From NCBI RefSeq assembly GCF_006345805.1, contig NW_021833061.1:1-64000 (forward strand): a stretch of DNA of 64,000 nucleotides, given 5' to 3'. The DNA is from Octopus sinensis (lineage: Eukaryota). The notes beneath the pieces are model-generated. The model did not search any database, was not told where the DNA came from, and worked only from the letters and a program-made list of their open reading frames with translations. A program made the position numbers and the translations under genes. Of the stretch, positions 14,174 through 26,400 are shown in pieces (position 1 is the first letter of the stretch; each line of letters starts with the position of its first letter).

Positions 14174-14737
14174 ATGGACTCCCAGTACGTGAGCGAGAAT
14201 TTGATGCCAATTTTGACTGACTGTCTGAGCGAGTTGTGCGTCGTCAGACCAGCGGATCCAATCGAATATATCGGACAATGGCTGCTCCAGTACAACGACA
14301 ATCAACTCTTTTTTAAGAAGGTCACCTTTTCTAACCACTTGTAGGTTGCTCGAGAAAACGACATTATTAACCAGGCACGCCACATTTACCTTCAAAAATT
14401 ACAAACAGAACAGGGGGAAGATCGAAATACATCAGAAATAGTCCAGAATGAGGAAATTCAATCCAAAAAAGTTCATTTTCAATATATATTTCCATTCCAG
14501 TCATTAGAGTCAGGTGATAACATTGAAAAAGCGGAAGAACAAATTCCACAAAAAGTCCCATCAGACACAATCCCCCAAATTGTGATTTCGACGAATGATC
14601 TTTCGGCAAATGAGGAGTCCAATGATACGATTGATGACCAACAAGACATTCCGGATGGTACTAATCTTCAAGAGGAAAGGGAAGGGCAGGACGACGAGTT
14701 CACAAACGAAGAGATAGTCAACTCAGAGGAAAACTGA
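14174..14737 (+). CDS. Dpy-30-motif protein (DYDC1/2-like) with acidic tail
   Basis: MDSQYVSENLMPILTDCLSELCVVRPADPIEYIGQWLLQY matches the Dpy-30 dimerisation motif. 24-nt intron at 14321-14344; downstream exon structure approximate. Confidence 0.75.
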
Positions 14738-15079
14738 TCTTATAAATTACACTAACAATTTAAATTGCCCATTTTATTCATTGATTCTAATGGATTAAAT
14801 TCAATTCGCTTGCAAAAAGATCGTATTGATGTAATTTCTCGACTTCCACATGTTTCAAAGATTGTTGATCAAAAATGAAAGGCCGGAGAACATTTATTTT
14901 ATAGGAAACCTGATTCCTTTGTCTCTAATTATAAAAATGAATTTAAACTCATATCTTTTTAGGTACATTATTTATTATAATATTTATTTGTATGTAAAAT
15001 ATTTTAATAATTTTTTAACAGTTTTCGTTATTTTTGGTGTTTTATTCCATTAACCTCTTAGGGCCTACGTTCAGTGCAC

Positions 15080-15410
15080 GGATGGGCAGATTCATGTCAA
15101 CGCGCAGTCTCTATAGATTCGGGGGTTACCTCTTTAACAGGCATCGATAGCCCGTGCCTTGTCCCGGCTTGCATGCTTTCTAAGATCTTCCGCAACACCA
15201 GTGTCTGGATGTATGTCTTCACTCTGTTTTCCACGCCAATCACCGCCAGGTGGTTTTTGAAAAATTTTGACAATATTCCGTCCCAGGTCATGACGATAGG
15301 GACGATCTTTACTTTTGCCAGCAAGTCGTATTTGTGGAACTTTTCTACTTCGACCTGTTTGAGACAATTTTGTTAAAAGATCCCCACCTCGATAAGAGTA
15401 ATTGTGTTTC
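15080..15410 (-). mobile_element. R4/Dong-like RLE 3' fragment
   Basis: LIEVGI..KQVEVEKFHKYDLL..KIVPIVMTWDG, homologous to 52327-52715. Confidence 0.8.
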
Positions 15411-16190
15411 TCGATTTTCCCTAACTTAGTATATAAACCATTTTTAAAAAGAAGAAACAGTTTTCAGGATGCTTTTATAAGATAAGATGAGCAGTTCATT
15501 GAAAGAATAACAACTAAAAACAATATAATGTGATGTACAATAGAGAATATTAATGCTGTGATTACAAAATTGAATTTAGTCAACTTGTTTAAAGCAATCA
15601 ATGAACATGCCGGGTCTTTATATAATTATTTTGGGGTTTTCCGAGTTTTAATGTAGAAATCGCATTTTTTAACGAGTTTTAAGCCATTTTCTTAATTTTT
15701 GGTACAACTCCAGAAAAATTTCCGATCATACATTTTTCTCCATTAGTACGGACATCCTTACATTTATTCCAATTTATGTTTTGTGTAATCAAATAAATGT
15801 TAATAGTGTTAAAAATATTTTTCCCTGTATACCGCCTGTATAACTCTCATATTAAAAGTAACTATCGATAATTAAACATTCAGATATTAATTAAGTTTCT
15901 CTTTCTGGTCTCTACATCCTCTATTCGCAAAGTGATTTAGGTAGGCAAGTTCGCCTCTTTCCCTTTGGCGATGTTGAAAACACACTTATTTGGTGATAAA
16001 TCTCGTTTATTCCTTTGTTCAATTCAAACGTTCTTTACCACGTTAAACTCTGTTTCTATATGAAACAATCATGTTTTCAAGGGTTTTCTTTACACTGAGT
16101 GATTGAATATATGCGTGCGTTCTCTCGCTTATGTTAGACCAACGTGCATATCGTAAAAATTTTTGAGTAACCAGCCCATCCCATGTTAAT

Positions 16191-16810
16191 ATGTGACATG
16201 GGCAACTATGTCGCTATGGGCAGCCTGTCCTTTTACGTGTTTTCATGGCAACCACATAAAAGGTATTAAATATTGAATATAGCAATTTATATATGGAAGC
16301 GTGTAGATTAATCAATTATTCTAATTAAAAATTACATTTGAATTATCTTTTAAAAATGGCTTACCCAAAAGTATATTAATTTTAACAGCGTGGTTTCTCA
16401 CACTTTGTGATGTCTGGGTATAAGGGTTACGTCAGAAATATTAACGAATACAATCAAATTAAGGAAGCGTTAATCGGGATATTCCCGGAGGATATGAATG
16501 CCCAAAGAAAACGCCGATTGGCCAAAAAAGCTTCCAATTTTTGTCAAAAAAATGATAAGTATTAATCTTTTTTAATTTAAAGACTTTATTTGAAAGGCAA
16601 ATTTGAAAAATTAGTCATTCCTTTGGACTGTCGAGCAGAGATGGAGACCCATGCTCGTTCTCTACATTTGATGTCTCACGGAGGCATCAACAAGATTGAA
16701 TTTATCTGTCGCCGTCATTACTTCATCGTGAAAAGTGATGTTGTAAGAAAGGTCATATCCGAGTGTGATATCTGCAAGTTTTCTCTTCCACTTAAAGTTA
16801 AGGAATTTTC
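16191..16810 (+). mobile_element. Ginger/Gypsy-type integrase N-terminal fragment (H2C2 zinc-binding)
   Basis: H.MSHGGINK...V...ISECDICK. 24-nt intron at 16559-16582 restores the frame; TGT-starting putative terminus at ~16192. Confidence 0.6.
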
Positions 16811-17649
16811 AAATGGAGAGAAAAAATCAGTGTTGATGTGTATCTCACTACTTCATCATGCCTCCTGACATAATCTCCATTTAACATCTTCTCACATCTG
16901 GTGGCACAGTGATCGACGGTCTTCTTCCATCTCATGCAGTGAAAACACATTGAGTTTTTTTTTTTTTTTTGAGTTATGTTCTGTAAAAAATAGATTTCTG
17001 TTCTGTAAAAAATAGATTTCTATCTTGCACGAGACAGAATAAGCCTTCAGACCGGGGAGTTATTTCCTTTGGCCACTCAGTGACTAGAGTTTTTGACATT
17101 CACAAAATCCTCCGAATGAAGACATTTGAAAAAATCTGGTCTAGTAGGTACTTGTTCTGGGCACCGACCAATAGTTCTTTGTTAAATAAAACTGATTCTT
17201 CAAGTAGATATTTATGCTTTAAATATTCTTCAATAGTCACCAGATGAGTTTTTGAGCATTTCCGAATGAAGAATCAAAAAGCTTCTTTTTCACACACAAC
17301 TTTGGTTTTTTAAGTCCGTAGGGAATCAAAAAAGCATAAATACACTTAGAAGAAAAATTGAGCTTAGTTCTCCTCCAAAATTGTTCCGGGGAAGGTATAA
17401 TCTTTGTTTTCTTGCCGGTCAGGGGTGTATCTTGTATTCTATTAACTTTGCCCGAATCGTATCGTCTATTTCATATTCAAATGGCCCAATATCGACTAAT
17501 CCAATGTAATAGTTGTACGGTGAGAGAGTGTGTTCATTAATTGCTTTTAACAAGTGCACTCCATTAGTTTTGTATCAAAAGGGTATCGAACAAAAAACAA
17601 GTAAAACTGCCAGTCCTTCAACATGACTAGATTTGTCAATCTGAATTAA

Positions 17650-18921
17650 AAAACCATTAGAATTATTTAATCCAATCAGTAACTGGGCTTCAATATTTTG
17701 TGAAACTTCCTGAATTCCCTTTGAAATGGTATTATTGGACAAAGAAACAGGATCTAGTTTCTTAGACTTTTCTTCGCAGTAAATACACTAAATTAGATTA
17801 ATTATATACTTCATAAGATGCTTTGGTAGACTTTGCTGTAAACAGAATTTCCTAAAAAACATTAATGCTTGTTTATATGGGAGTTAGGTCTACAACCGAA
17901 AGTATTTTTCTTAGTTTTCTTTGAGAGTTTTGTTCCAATTATACAACCATTCATTAAATATTTCCACGTTCATCCAAGCCTTTGAAGAATTGTGGTATTG
18001 TAAATACTCATCAACGTTCAAGTTTTTGAAACACCTTAGTTTCTTGAACTTTCGGATCATTAATGGGGTTCTTTTATCAGATTCAGTCATATTTGCGCAA
18101 AGCATTAATGAAAATATGAAAATTGGTTAAAAATGTTAAACCTATCTTTAAGTAATTTTTGTCCTGGTTGGTGTTTCCTGCAGACAATTTTTGATGAAAT
18201 GGTCTTGTAAAATACGCCTGTTTCGTCGGCATTATAAACATTTTCGAAACCATATTCATTTATTTTTGAAGAGATAATTTTTTAAAAGTTTTCGATTTCG
18301 TCTTTGAACTCATCCGCAGTATATCCCAATTCACCATGAAAAATTCTTAGTTTTATATTGTGCCTTTTTTTGAACTTTTCAGGCCATCCTTTACTGGATT
18401 TAAATTCGAAGAGACCTTTTAACGCAGCAAATTTAGCTGCTTTAAATAAAATTATTTCATCATTAAGGCAAACTCCAATAGATTCAATGTAATCTATCCA
18501 GGTAATGATATCAGAATCGATTGATGAATATCTGAGTTTCGAAAAACGAGAACTTCTCTTATAATTTGTATTAATTCCAAGAATCTTCTGTTTGTTCAAT
18601 TTATGATCGTTAATTGCACGTCTTGGAATTGATTTTTTGAAACGCGACGAAAAAATTTCTGAAACACGACTTAAACTCAGAGAAGAGTTATCAATAAGAT
18701 AATTTATAATTTTTGGTTATAAGATAACCTAGAACACTTCCTCATGTTACACAAAAAGATACACGGTATAAATATTTGAAAAATTATTTTTTTAATAATA
18801 CATTTTAATTTTTTTAACACTAAAACGCGGTGAGTAAGAAAATTTGGCGAGCAATGGAATTTCCTTAGTACAAATTGCATTTTTTCCCAAAAAGTGACAA
18901 GCAATAAAGAGTAAACTGTAT
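17650..18921 (-). mobile_element. pogo/Tigger-like transposase (CENP-B HTH + DDE_1), degraded
   Basis: FKSSKGW.EKFKKRHNI..HGE, YNADET, LCANM, SKAWMN..IF.EWL; TA|CAGT terminus near 18920. Confidence 0.85.
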
Positions 18922-19971
18922 ATCACCGGTCAATTCGACCCCCAAGGGTCGAAAATTAGCACATATCGATCGTATGGGGTCGAAAATAAATTTAATAATT
19001 TTTTCATTTTAATTAAGTTAGTTTATTATTAAAATAGTAAACCTTTGTTTTTTAAAATTTTTGAAATTACAGTGTCAGTTTTTTTATGAACCTATAAGTA
19101 TTTTAAAGTCAGAAAACATAAAAACAAATTAAATAAACAAACAAGATTGATGTGTTTCCCACATTTTTTAATGTAATCCAGAAATCAATTGGTATCACAA
19201 AAGCTTCACTTGGAACAGAATCGTTTGCTTTCCATGAAACAAAGCATGTTCTTACAGATACAGCATGTGAAAAAAAGAACGATATCTTTCTAGATTTCTA
19301 AGCAAATCTCATTATGTGACATATGATTCTAGGGGAACAGGTTTACACAATTACTAGAAACGGGTGAAAAGCTCTAAAAGGAAATGGTCAAGTTCAGTGT
19401 GGAATCACGATGGTGACAAGACTTCAGGATTTTATAATGATCATATCAAAGAGCAAAAGAGTTATTACTTAGAAAAAAGCGAACGTATTGCCCGAATTCA
19501 AAAAGTGAAAGGTTTATCATGAAAGCGATCAAGCCCTATGAAATTACCATGCATTTTGACCCTACAAATGGTGAGCATTCTTTCAAAATCGCTAAACAAT
19601 TACCTCATTATTGAATCTGATACAAGAAAAAAATATAACCTTTTTTTGAAAGCTGCAGAATTCGATCCAGAAAACAAATAGTACAAAAATAACAATTACC
19701 TCTGGCTGGATCGAGCCAGGATAGTGAGGCCCCTAACTGGTGTGTTGGCGGTTGAGCTTCGGGTTTAGAAATTTTGCTGATTGAAGGTTGGTGGAGGAAG
19801 CGTTAGAGTCACTCCTTGGTTAGAACCTCAGCTCGAGCACTCCACCAAATGCATCTTGGCAGGGAAGATCTGAAGAGGCTGGTATTGTGAATACATGTAA
19901 GTGAAAGAAAGTGTATAAAACAGTGTATCAGACATCTTGAATAACTTTCAAAAAATAAAAATTCCCAAAAG

Positions 19972-20158
19972 GGAATGCGCCCAACCCGGAAGTACTGCAA
20001 TACCGGGATGACGCGTGGTATGGAGGAAGCAAGCTTCGCAGCACACACCAAGGCACAAAAATAAGCATTATATCTTGCCCCGTGTAAGGGCGTCCCAGAT
20101 ATAAAGCTGGAAGAACAGATACTACACTTTGATCTTAGCCAAAAGGCCGAGAAGCGAC
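19972..20158 (-). ncRNA. U2: U2 snRNA, full length (~187 nt)
   Basis: Minus strand TCGCTTCTCGGCCTTTTGGCTAAGATCAAAGTGTAGTATCTGTTCTT. Sm site ATTTTTG; stem-loop IV CCCGG-TATTGCAGTACTT-CCGGG. Confidence 0.96.
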
Positions 20159-20545
20159 AAATGAACGAACGAACAGATTTTATTGACTTAGCAACCGAAA
20201 GAGAAGAGTTATATGAAAAGGTTTTATTAAAATCGAGACACCGAAAGCCTCCTCCTTGCTTTCCTTTTCACTTCTCATGCCCTTTGCAATGAGCAGAGGA
20301 CTTGCCGAATGTTTTGAGTTTGTTCGTTTAGCTCTCTGGGGAGATCCTGATCAAGCCGTAGCTTATACGCCAGTTTAATCGCAAAGCGCCTTGTTTTCTC
20401 CAGTTTGGTGATTATGCGATTTCTCTCGTCTGTAGGGTACCAACCTTCATGTCCATAGATAAGGACTGGTTCTACAGTCGCCTTATAGATAAAGAGAAAG
20501 GTGTCTGGGGAGAGATGGAAGCGTATAAGGCTTCTCAGGATCCCG
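20159..20545 (-). mobile_element. 3' end of a Jockey/I-like LINE related to 59540-63690
   Basis: ILRSLIRFHLSPDTFLFIYKATVEPVLIYGHEGWYP..KLEKTRRFAIKLA matches ORF 59658-60464; AATAAA then (TTCG)n tail. Confidence 0.85.
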
Positions 20546-20619
20546 GAAAAAAAAAGGTTAAGAACCGCTGGTATAGAGGATCAAATTTCTATTATTTAAA
20601 TTAATATCAGATCACCTAA

Positions 20620-21620
20620 TAAGAAATAAATTGTGACTGTCTTAAACATGTATGCGCCCCACACGGGAAGATTACTTGTATGGATGAGCTTGACGATTTC
20701 TATATGATTTTATCGGAAGTATACTCTCTTTTTTTGTCCGTAATAATTTTTTGTTGCTAGGAACTGGAATTCAAAGGCAAGAATTAAGTGCAGAGGTGAA
20801 CGCTGGGTTACTAATCACAGAAGGGGATATCGAAATTCTTCTGGAAATCTTATAATCTACATTTGTAATACCATTTGTAACATGGCTCTTCAGCACACCG
20901 CCACACATAAGCAACCTGGGTAGGTTTTAGAACAAACGAACAAGAAAGGAACGAAAAATATATAATCAAATTGATTATATTTTGTGCAAACAGTCGCAAA
21001 AGAAATTATTAGTCGATTCATGTTGTATGAAGGAGCCTTGCTAAACAACGATTATAAGATCTTACTCAGGAGATTAAATCTTAGAAGCCATAACAGAATT
21101 TTACATAGAAATCATACACAGGCGAAGTAATTTCCTTTTTCTTATACACAGGCAAAGTATATCGAAAGAGTTTAGGAACTAATAAATGATTTTACACTCA
21201 TCAGGAAATACCACCAGTGCTTGGCTTATCATATTCCTATAGATGGCTTATTTCACATAATGTGAAAAAGAACTTCAGGAGAACATTCTAATATTCCGAT
21301 GGATGGCTTACCCCACATAATGTGAAAAAAAACTTCAGAAGTTAAAATAACGGTTGCCAAGGACCTGTTGGGATTCACAAAACTACTACGAAAGGAAGGT
21401 TTACAAAGGAGCAGAAAACTCGACAGTCAATGAATTTTCCATATTTAAAAAGATTTAAGACTCCAAATGGAAAATTGTGATCCTGAACGAAAATTAAAAT
21501 TAAGAAAACTGAGAAACAAAATCAAACATGAATCAAGAGGAATGTGCTTTAATCCTGGTCGGACTTATTGGAAGTGGAGAGGCTACATTCAAGTGTAAAT
21601 GTTCATGACTATGCGCTTAC
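20620..21620 (+). mobile_element. Degraded RTE-like LINE APE region
   Basis: YAP, L.ICNT.F.H, ATW, YNQIDYILC motifs with stops. Confidence 0.55.
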
Positions 21621-22117
21621 TCAAGCAAGGGTAGGCTAAAACCAACTAAAAATTCAAAATTAGTTTCTTCATTTTTTATTGAATTAGTTTGCTCATAATT
21701 TGAAAGACAGCCGCGTTTACTGAACAATATGTTCACAAATTCTAAGATTCGTAGAGTTATGCTCAGTGGAGGTCAGATCAATTATTATTATTTAACTGAC
21801 AAGACCACGGTAAAAATCACAAGGTCAGATCAATGAAGTCAATTTAAACCCACTTAGTCGGAACAGAAGCAAAAACATGATTAGTTTCATCCACGGTTTA
21901 AATTATTAATACAACAGACTTAACTTTAAGTGAAAAAAAAAACTTGCAGATATCGCACGCTGAAATGACTTTTCTTTTAACATAATATCTTATTTGTACT
22001 TAATTATTAAAGATATTAGAGAAACTTCGTGTAAAGTAAACATCGGTTAATTGCATAACATGTATCCACAGAAAATCTTATTCAATTATCCATTATTTTA
22101 TAAAATCAATATCTTAT

Positions 22118-22537
22118 AATCGTCAGTTCGAATCCGATGGAACCAAGTTTTCAGCCGGGGTCAAATCTTGTCAACGTTCCCCACCCGTGAGGCGACGAGT
22201 CCATCTGGCACGACACAGATGTCGAAAGGGGAGCTCTTACCTTCCCCTGATCACATTACCGATGAAGAATCTCCATTATGCAAAACCCGTCCGGATTCAA
22301 ATGAAGTTCGGTGAGCTACGGTAGGAGGCTGACAAATGGGAACTTGGCATAACAGAAATTCCCCACCTCTCTTTGGAGACGGATAGCTGTAATGAAGATT
22401 TGGAGGCTAATGTTGATCGGCACAAGCAATCCCTTCGTTCCTTGCTCCTTCATTTGATTAGTTAGTTGTGACTGTTTGTGCTGGGCTTGCCATGTTGTGC
22501 AAGCTTGGGGGTTATAAATAATAATAAATAATAAAAT
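22118..22537 (+). mobile_element. Possible tRNA-derived SINE (5' truncated)
   Basis: B-box-like GTTCGAATCC followed by ACCA, GC-richer body, (TAA)n-rich tail; A box not seen. Confidence 0.45.
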
Positions 22538-23368
22538 TGTAGACATAACTTCACATCTAAATGACTTAAATTTGAAACTGCAGGGAAGTAATTAATTTAT
22601 ACACCAAATGTATGCCGAAATCACTGCTTTTGAAAAGAAATTGAAGTTGTGGGAATTACAGTTACAAGAAGGAAACATGACGCATTTTGTGAATTTTCTT
22701 TCTATGAATCCGACTGATGTTCCGGAATATGCAAACATAGTTATGGAATTGAGATCAGAATTTTCATCACGTTTTATGGATTTAAGAGTAAAATGCGCAT
22801 ATATAATTTTTTAGGCTCATAAAAATCTTTTCAACATTTTTTCAATCCCATTTGATGTTGAAACTGAGACAGTACCAGGGTGTTATCAAATGGAATTACT
22901 TGAAATTCAATGCGACAGTACACTTAAATCAAAATATTTTTCTGAAATGGATATTTTGAGCTTCTACAAAAATTTTGTATGTGTCAGAAAATATCCGCAA
23001 TTAACCGACAATGCTATGAAAATGGCTTGTATATTTGGAAGCACATTTTTATGTGAACAGTTATTCTCTAAAATGAATAATATAAAAAATTGTCTGAGAA
23101 CGAGGATTACCGATTCACATCTTAACGATATATTACGTTTAGCAACTAGTCAGATTAATGAGTAAAATAAATTCACTTCTTTATAATTATTTTTAACTGA
23201 TAAATTTTTTTCGTAAGAAAGTTGCAAAAAAAACTTGATAAAGAAAGATCGCAATGTGCAAGCGTTGCCTTATTTTTGTGACCGATAAGGATTTTTTCTC
23301 GTTTGGCCCGGATCGCATACAAAAATAAAATTTTGGCCCGCGAAGACAAAAATCCTGCCGAACCCTGG
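22538..23368 (+). mobile_element. hAT (SPIN/GTF2IRD2-like) transposase 3' half and right terminus
   Basis: VDITSHLNDLNLKLQG, FGSTFLCEQLFSKM..K..LRTRITD.HL. Micro-intron at 22788-22814; subterminal TGGCCC motifs; ends ...CCCTG. Confidence 0.85.
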
Positions 23369-23412
23369 ATTAGACTATAAAAAATTAATTATAGGAACAA
23401 ACAAGAAAAATT

Positions 23413-26400
23413 GATTATAAAATGAATTGCCTAATATTTTATGCAATTTTTCGGAGTTCCCTAGATGTGAGCATATGTGGGTACTTGAGATTATGCAATA
23501 AATTACGTAATATTTTATGCAATTTTGGGAGCTCCCTAGATGTGAGAAAATGGGGTTACTTGAGATTATAAAATGAATTGCCTAATATTTTATGCAATTT
23601 TTCGGAGTTCCCTAGATGTGAGCATATGTGGGTACTTGAGATTATGCAATAAATTACGTAATATTTTATGCAATTTTGGGAGCTCCCTAGATGTGAGCAT
23701 ATGCAGGTATTTGAGATTATGCAATAAATTGCGTAATATATTATCCAATTTTGGAAGCTCCCTAGGTGTGAGAAAATGGGGTTACTTGAGATTATAAAAT
23801 GAATTGCCTAATATTTTATGCAATTTTTCGGAGTTCCCTAGATGTGAGCATATGGGGGTATTTTAGATTATATAATAAATTACGTAATATATTATGCAAT
23901 TTTGGGAGGTCCCTAGATGTGTACATATGGGGGTACTTGAGATTATGCAATAAATTACGTAATATTTTATGCAATTTTGGGAGCTCCCTAGATGTGAGCA
24001 TATGCAGGTACGTGAGATTATGCAATAAATTACGTAATATTTTATGCAATTTTGAAAGGTCCCTAGATGTGTACATATGGGGGTACTTGAGATTATGCAA
24101 TAAATTACGTAATATTTTATGCAATTTTGGGAGCTCCCTAGATGTGAGCATATGCAGGTATTTGAGATTATGCAATAAATTGCGTAATATATTATACAAT
24201 TTTGGAAGCTCCCTAGGTGTGAGAAAATGGGGTTACTTGAGATTATAAAATGAATTGCCTAATATTTTATGCAATTTTTCGGAGTTCCCTAGATGTGAGC
24301 ATATGGGGGTATTTGAGATTATATAATAAATTACGTAATATTTAATGCAATTTTGGGAGGTCCCTAGATGTGAGCATATGTGGGTACTTGAGATTATGTA
24401 ATAAATTGCGTATTATATTATTCATTTTGGGAAGTCCCTAGATGTGAGCATATGGGGGTACTTGAGATTATGTAATAAATTGCGTAATATATTATTTATT
24501 TTGGGAGGTCCCTAAATTTGAGCATATGGGGGTACGTGAGATTATGCAATAAATTACGTAATATTTTATGCAATTTTGGGAGGTCCCTAGATGTGTACAT
24601 ATGGGGGTACTTGAGATTATGCAATAAATTACGTAATATTTTATGCAATTTTGGGAGCTCCCTAGATGTGAGAAAATGGGGTTACTTGAGATTATAAAAT
24701 GAATTGCCTAATATTTTATGCAATTTTTCGGAGTTCCCTAGATGTGAGCATATGTGGGTACTTGAGATTATGCAATAAATTACGTAATATTTTATGCAAT
24801 TTTGGGAGCTCCCTAGATGTGAGCATATGCAGGTATTTGAGATTATGCAATAAATTGCGTAATATATTATGCAATTTTGGAAGCTCCCTAGGTGTGAGAA
24901 AATGGGGTTACTTGAGATTATATAATAAATTACGTAATATTTTATGCAATTTTGGGAGGTCCCTAGATGTGTACATATGGGGGTACTTGAGATTATGCAA
25001 TAAATTACGTAATATTTTATGCAATTTTGGGAGCTCCCTAGATGTGAGCATATGCAGGTATTTGAGATTATGCAATAAATTGCGTAATATATTATGCAAT
25101 TTTGGAAGCTCCCTAGGTGTGAGAAAATGGGGTTACTTGAGATTATAAAATGAATTGCCTAATATTTTATGCAATTTTTCGGAGTTCCCTAGATGTGAGC
25201 ATATGTGGGTACTTGAGATTATGCAATAATTACGTAATATTTATGCAATTTTGGGAGCTCCCTAGATGTGAGCATATGCAGGTATTGAGATTATGCAATA
25301 AATTACGTAATATTTATGCAATTTTGGGGACTCCCTAGATGTGAGAAAATGGGGTTACTTGAGATTATAAATGAATTGCCTAATATTTTATGCAATTTTT
25401 CAGAGTTCCCTAGATGTGAGCATATGTGGGTACTTGAGATATATGCAATAAATTACGTAATATTTTATGCAATTTTGGGAGCTCCCTAGATGTGAGAAAA
25501 TGGGGGTACTTGAGAGATTATAAAATGAATTGCCTAATATTTTATGCAATTTTCGGGAGTTCCCTAGATGTGAGCATATGTGGGTACTTGAGATTATGCA
25601 ATAAATTACGTAATATTTTATGTATTTTGGGAGCTCCCTATGTGAGCATATGCAGGTATTTGAGATTATGCAATAAATTGCGTAATATATTATCCAATTT
25701 TGGAAACTCCCTAGGTGTGAGAAAAAGGGTTACTTGAGATTATAAATGAATTGCCTAATTTTTATGCAATTTTTCGGAGTTCCCTAGGTGAGCATATGGG
25801 GGATCTAGAAGTAATATATTAGCAATTTGGGAGGTCCCTAGATGTGAGCATGTGGGTATTTGAGATTATATAATAAATTACGTAATTTATTATGCAATTT
25901 TGGGAGGTCCTAGATGTGTACATATGGGGGTACTTGAGATTATGCAATAAATTACGTAATATTTTATGCATTTTGGAGCTCCCTAGATGTGAGCATATGC
26001 AGGTACGTGAGATTATGCAATAAATTACGTAATTTTTATGCAATTTTGGGAGGTCCCTAGATGTGTACATATGGGGGTACTTGATTATGCAATAAATTAC
26101 GTAATATTTTATGCAATTTTGGGAGCTCCCTAGAATTTGTGCGTATGCAGGTATTTGAGATTATGCAATAAATTGCGTAATATATTATGCAATTTTGGAA
26201 GCTCCCTAGGTGTGAGAAAATGGGGTTACTTGAGATTATATAATAAATTACGTAATATTTTATGCAATTTTGGGAGGTCCCTAGATGTGGTACATATATG
26301 GGGTCTTGAGATTATGCAATAAATTACGTAATATTTTATGCAATTTTGGGAGCTCCCTAGATGTGAGCATATGCAGGTATTTGAGATTATGCAATAAATT

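Noticed and set aside
22120-22146. tRNA gene
   Set aside because: Only a T-arm/B-box is present; no cloverleaf.
25200-26150. Locally hypermutated satellite block
   Set aside because: Scattered 1-nt indels look like uncorrected long-read error.
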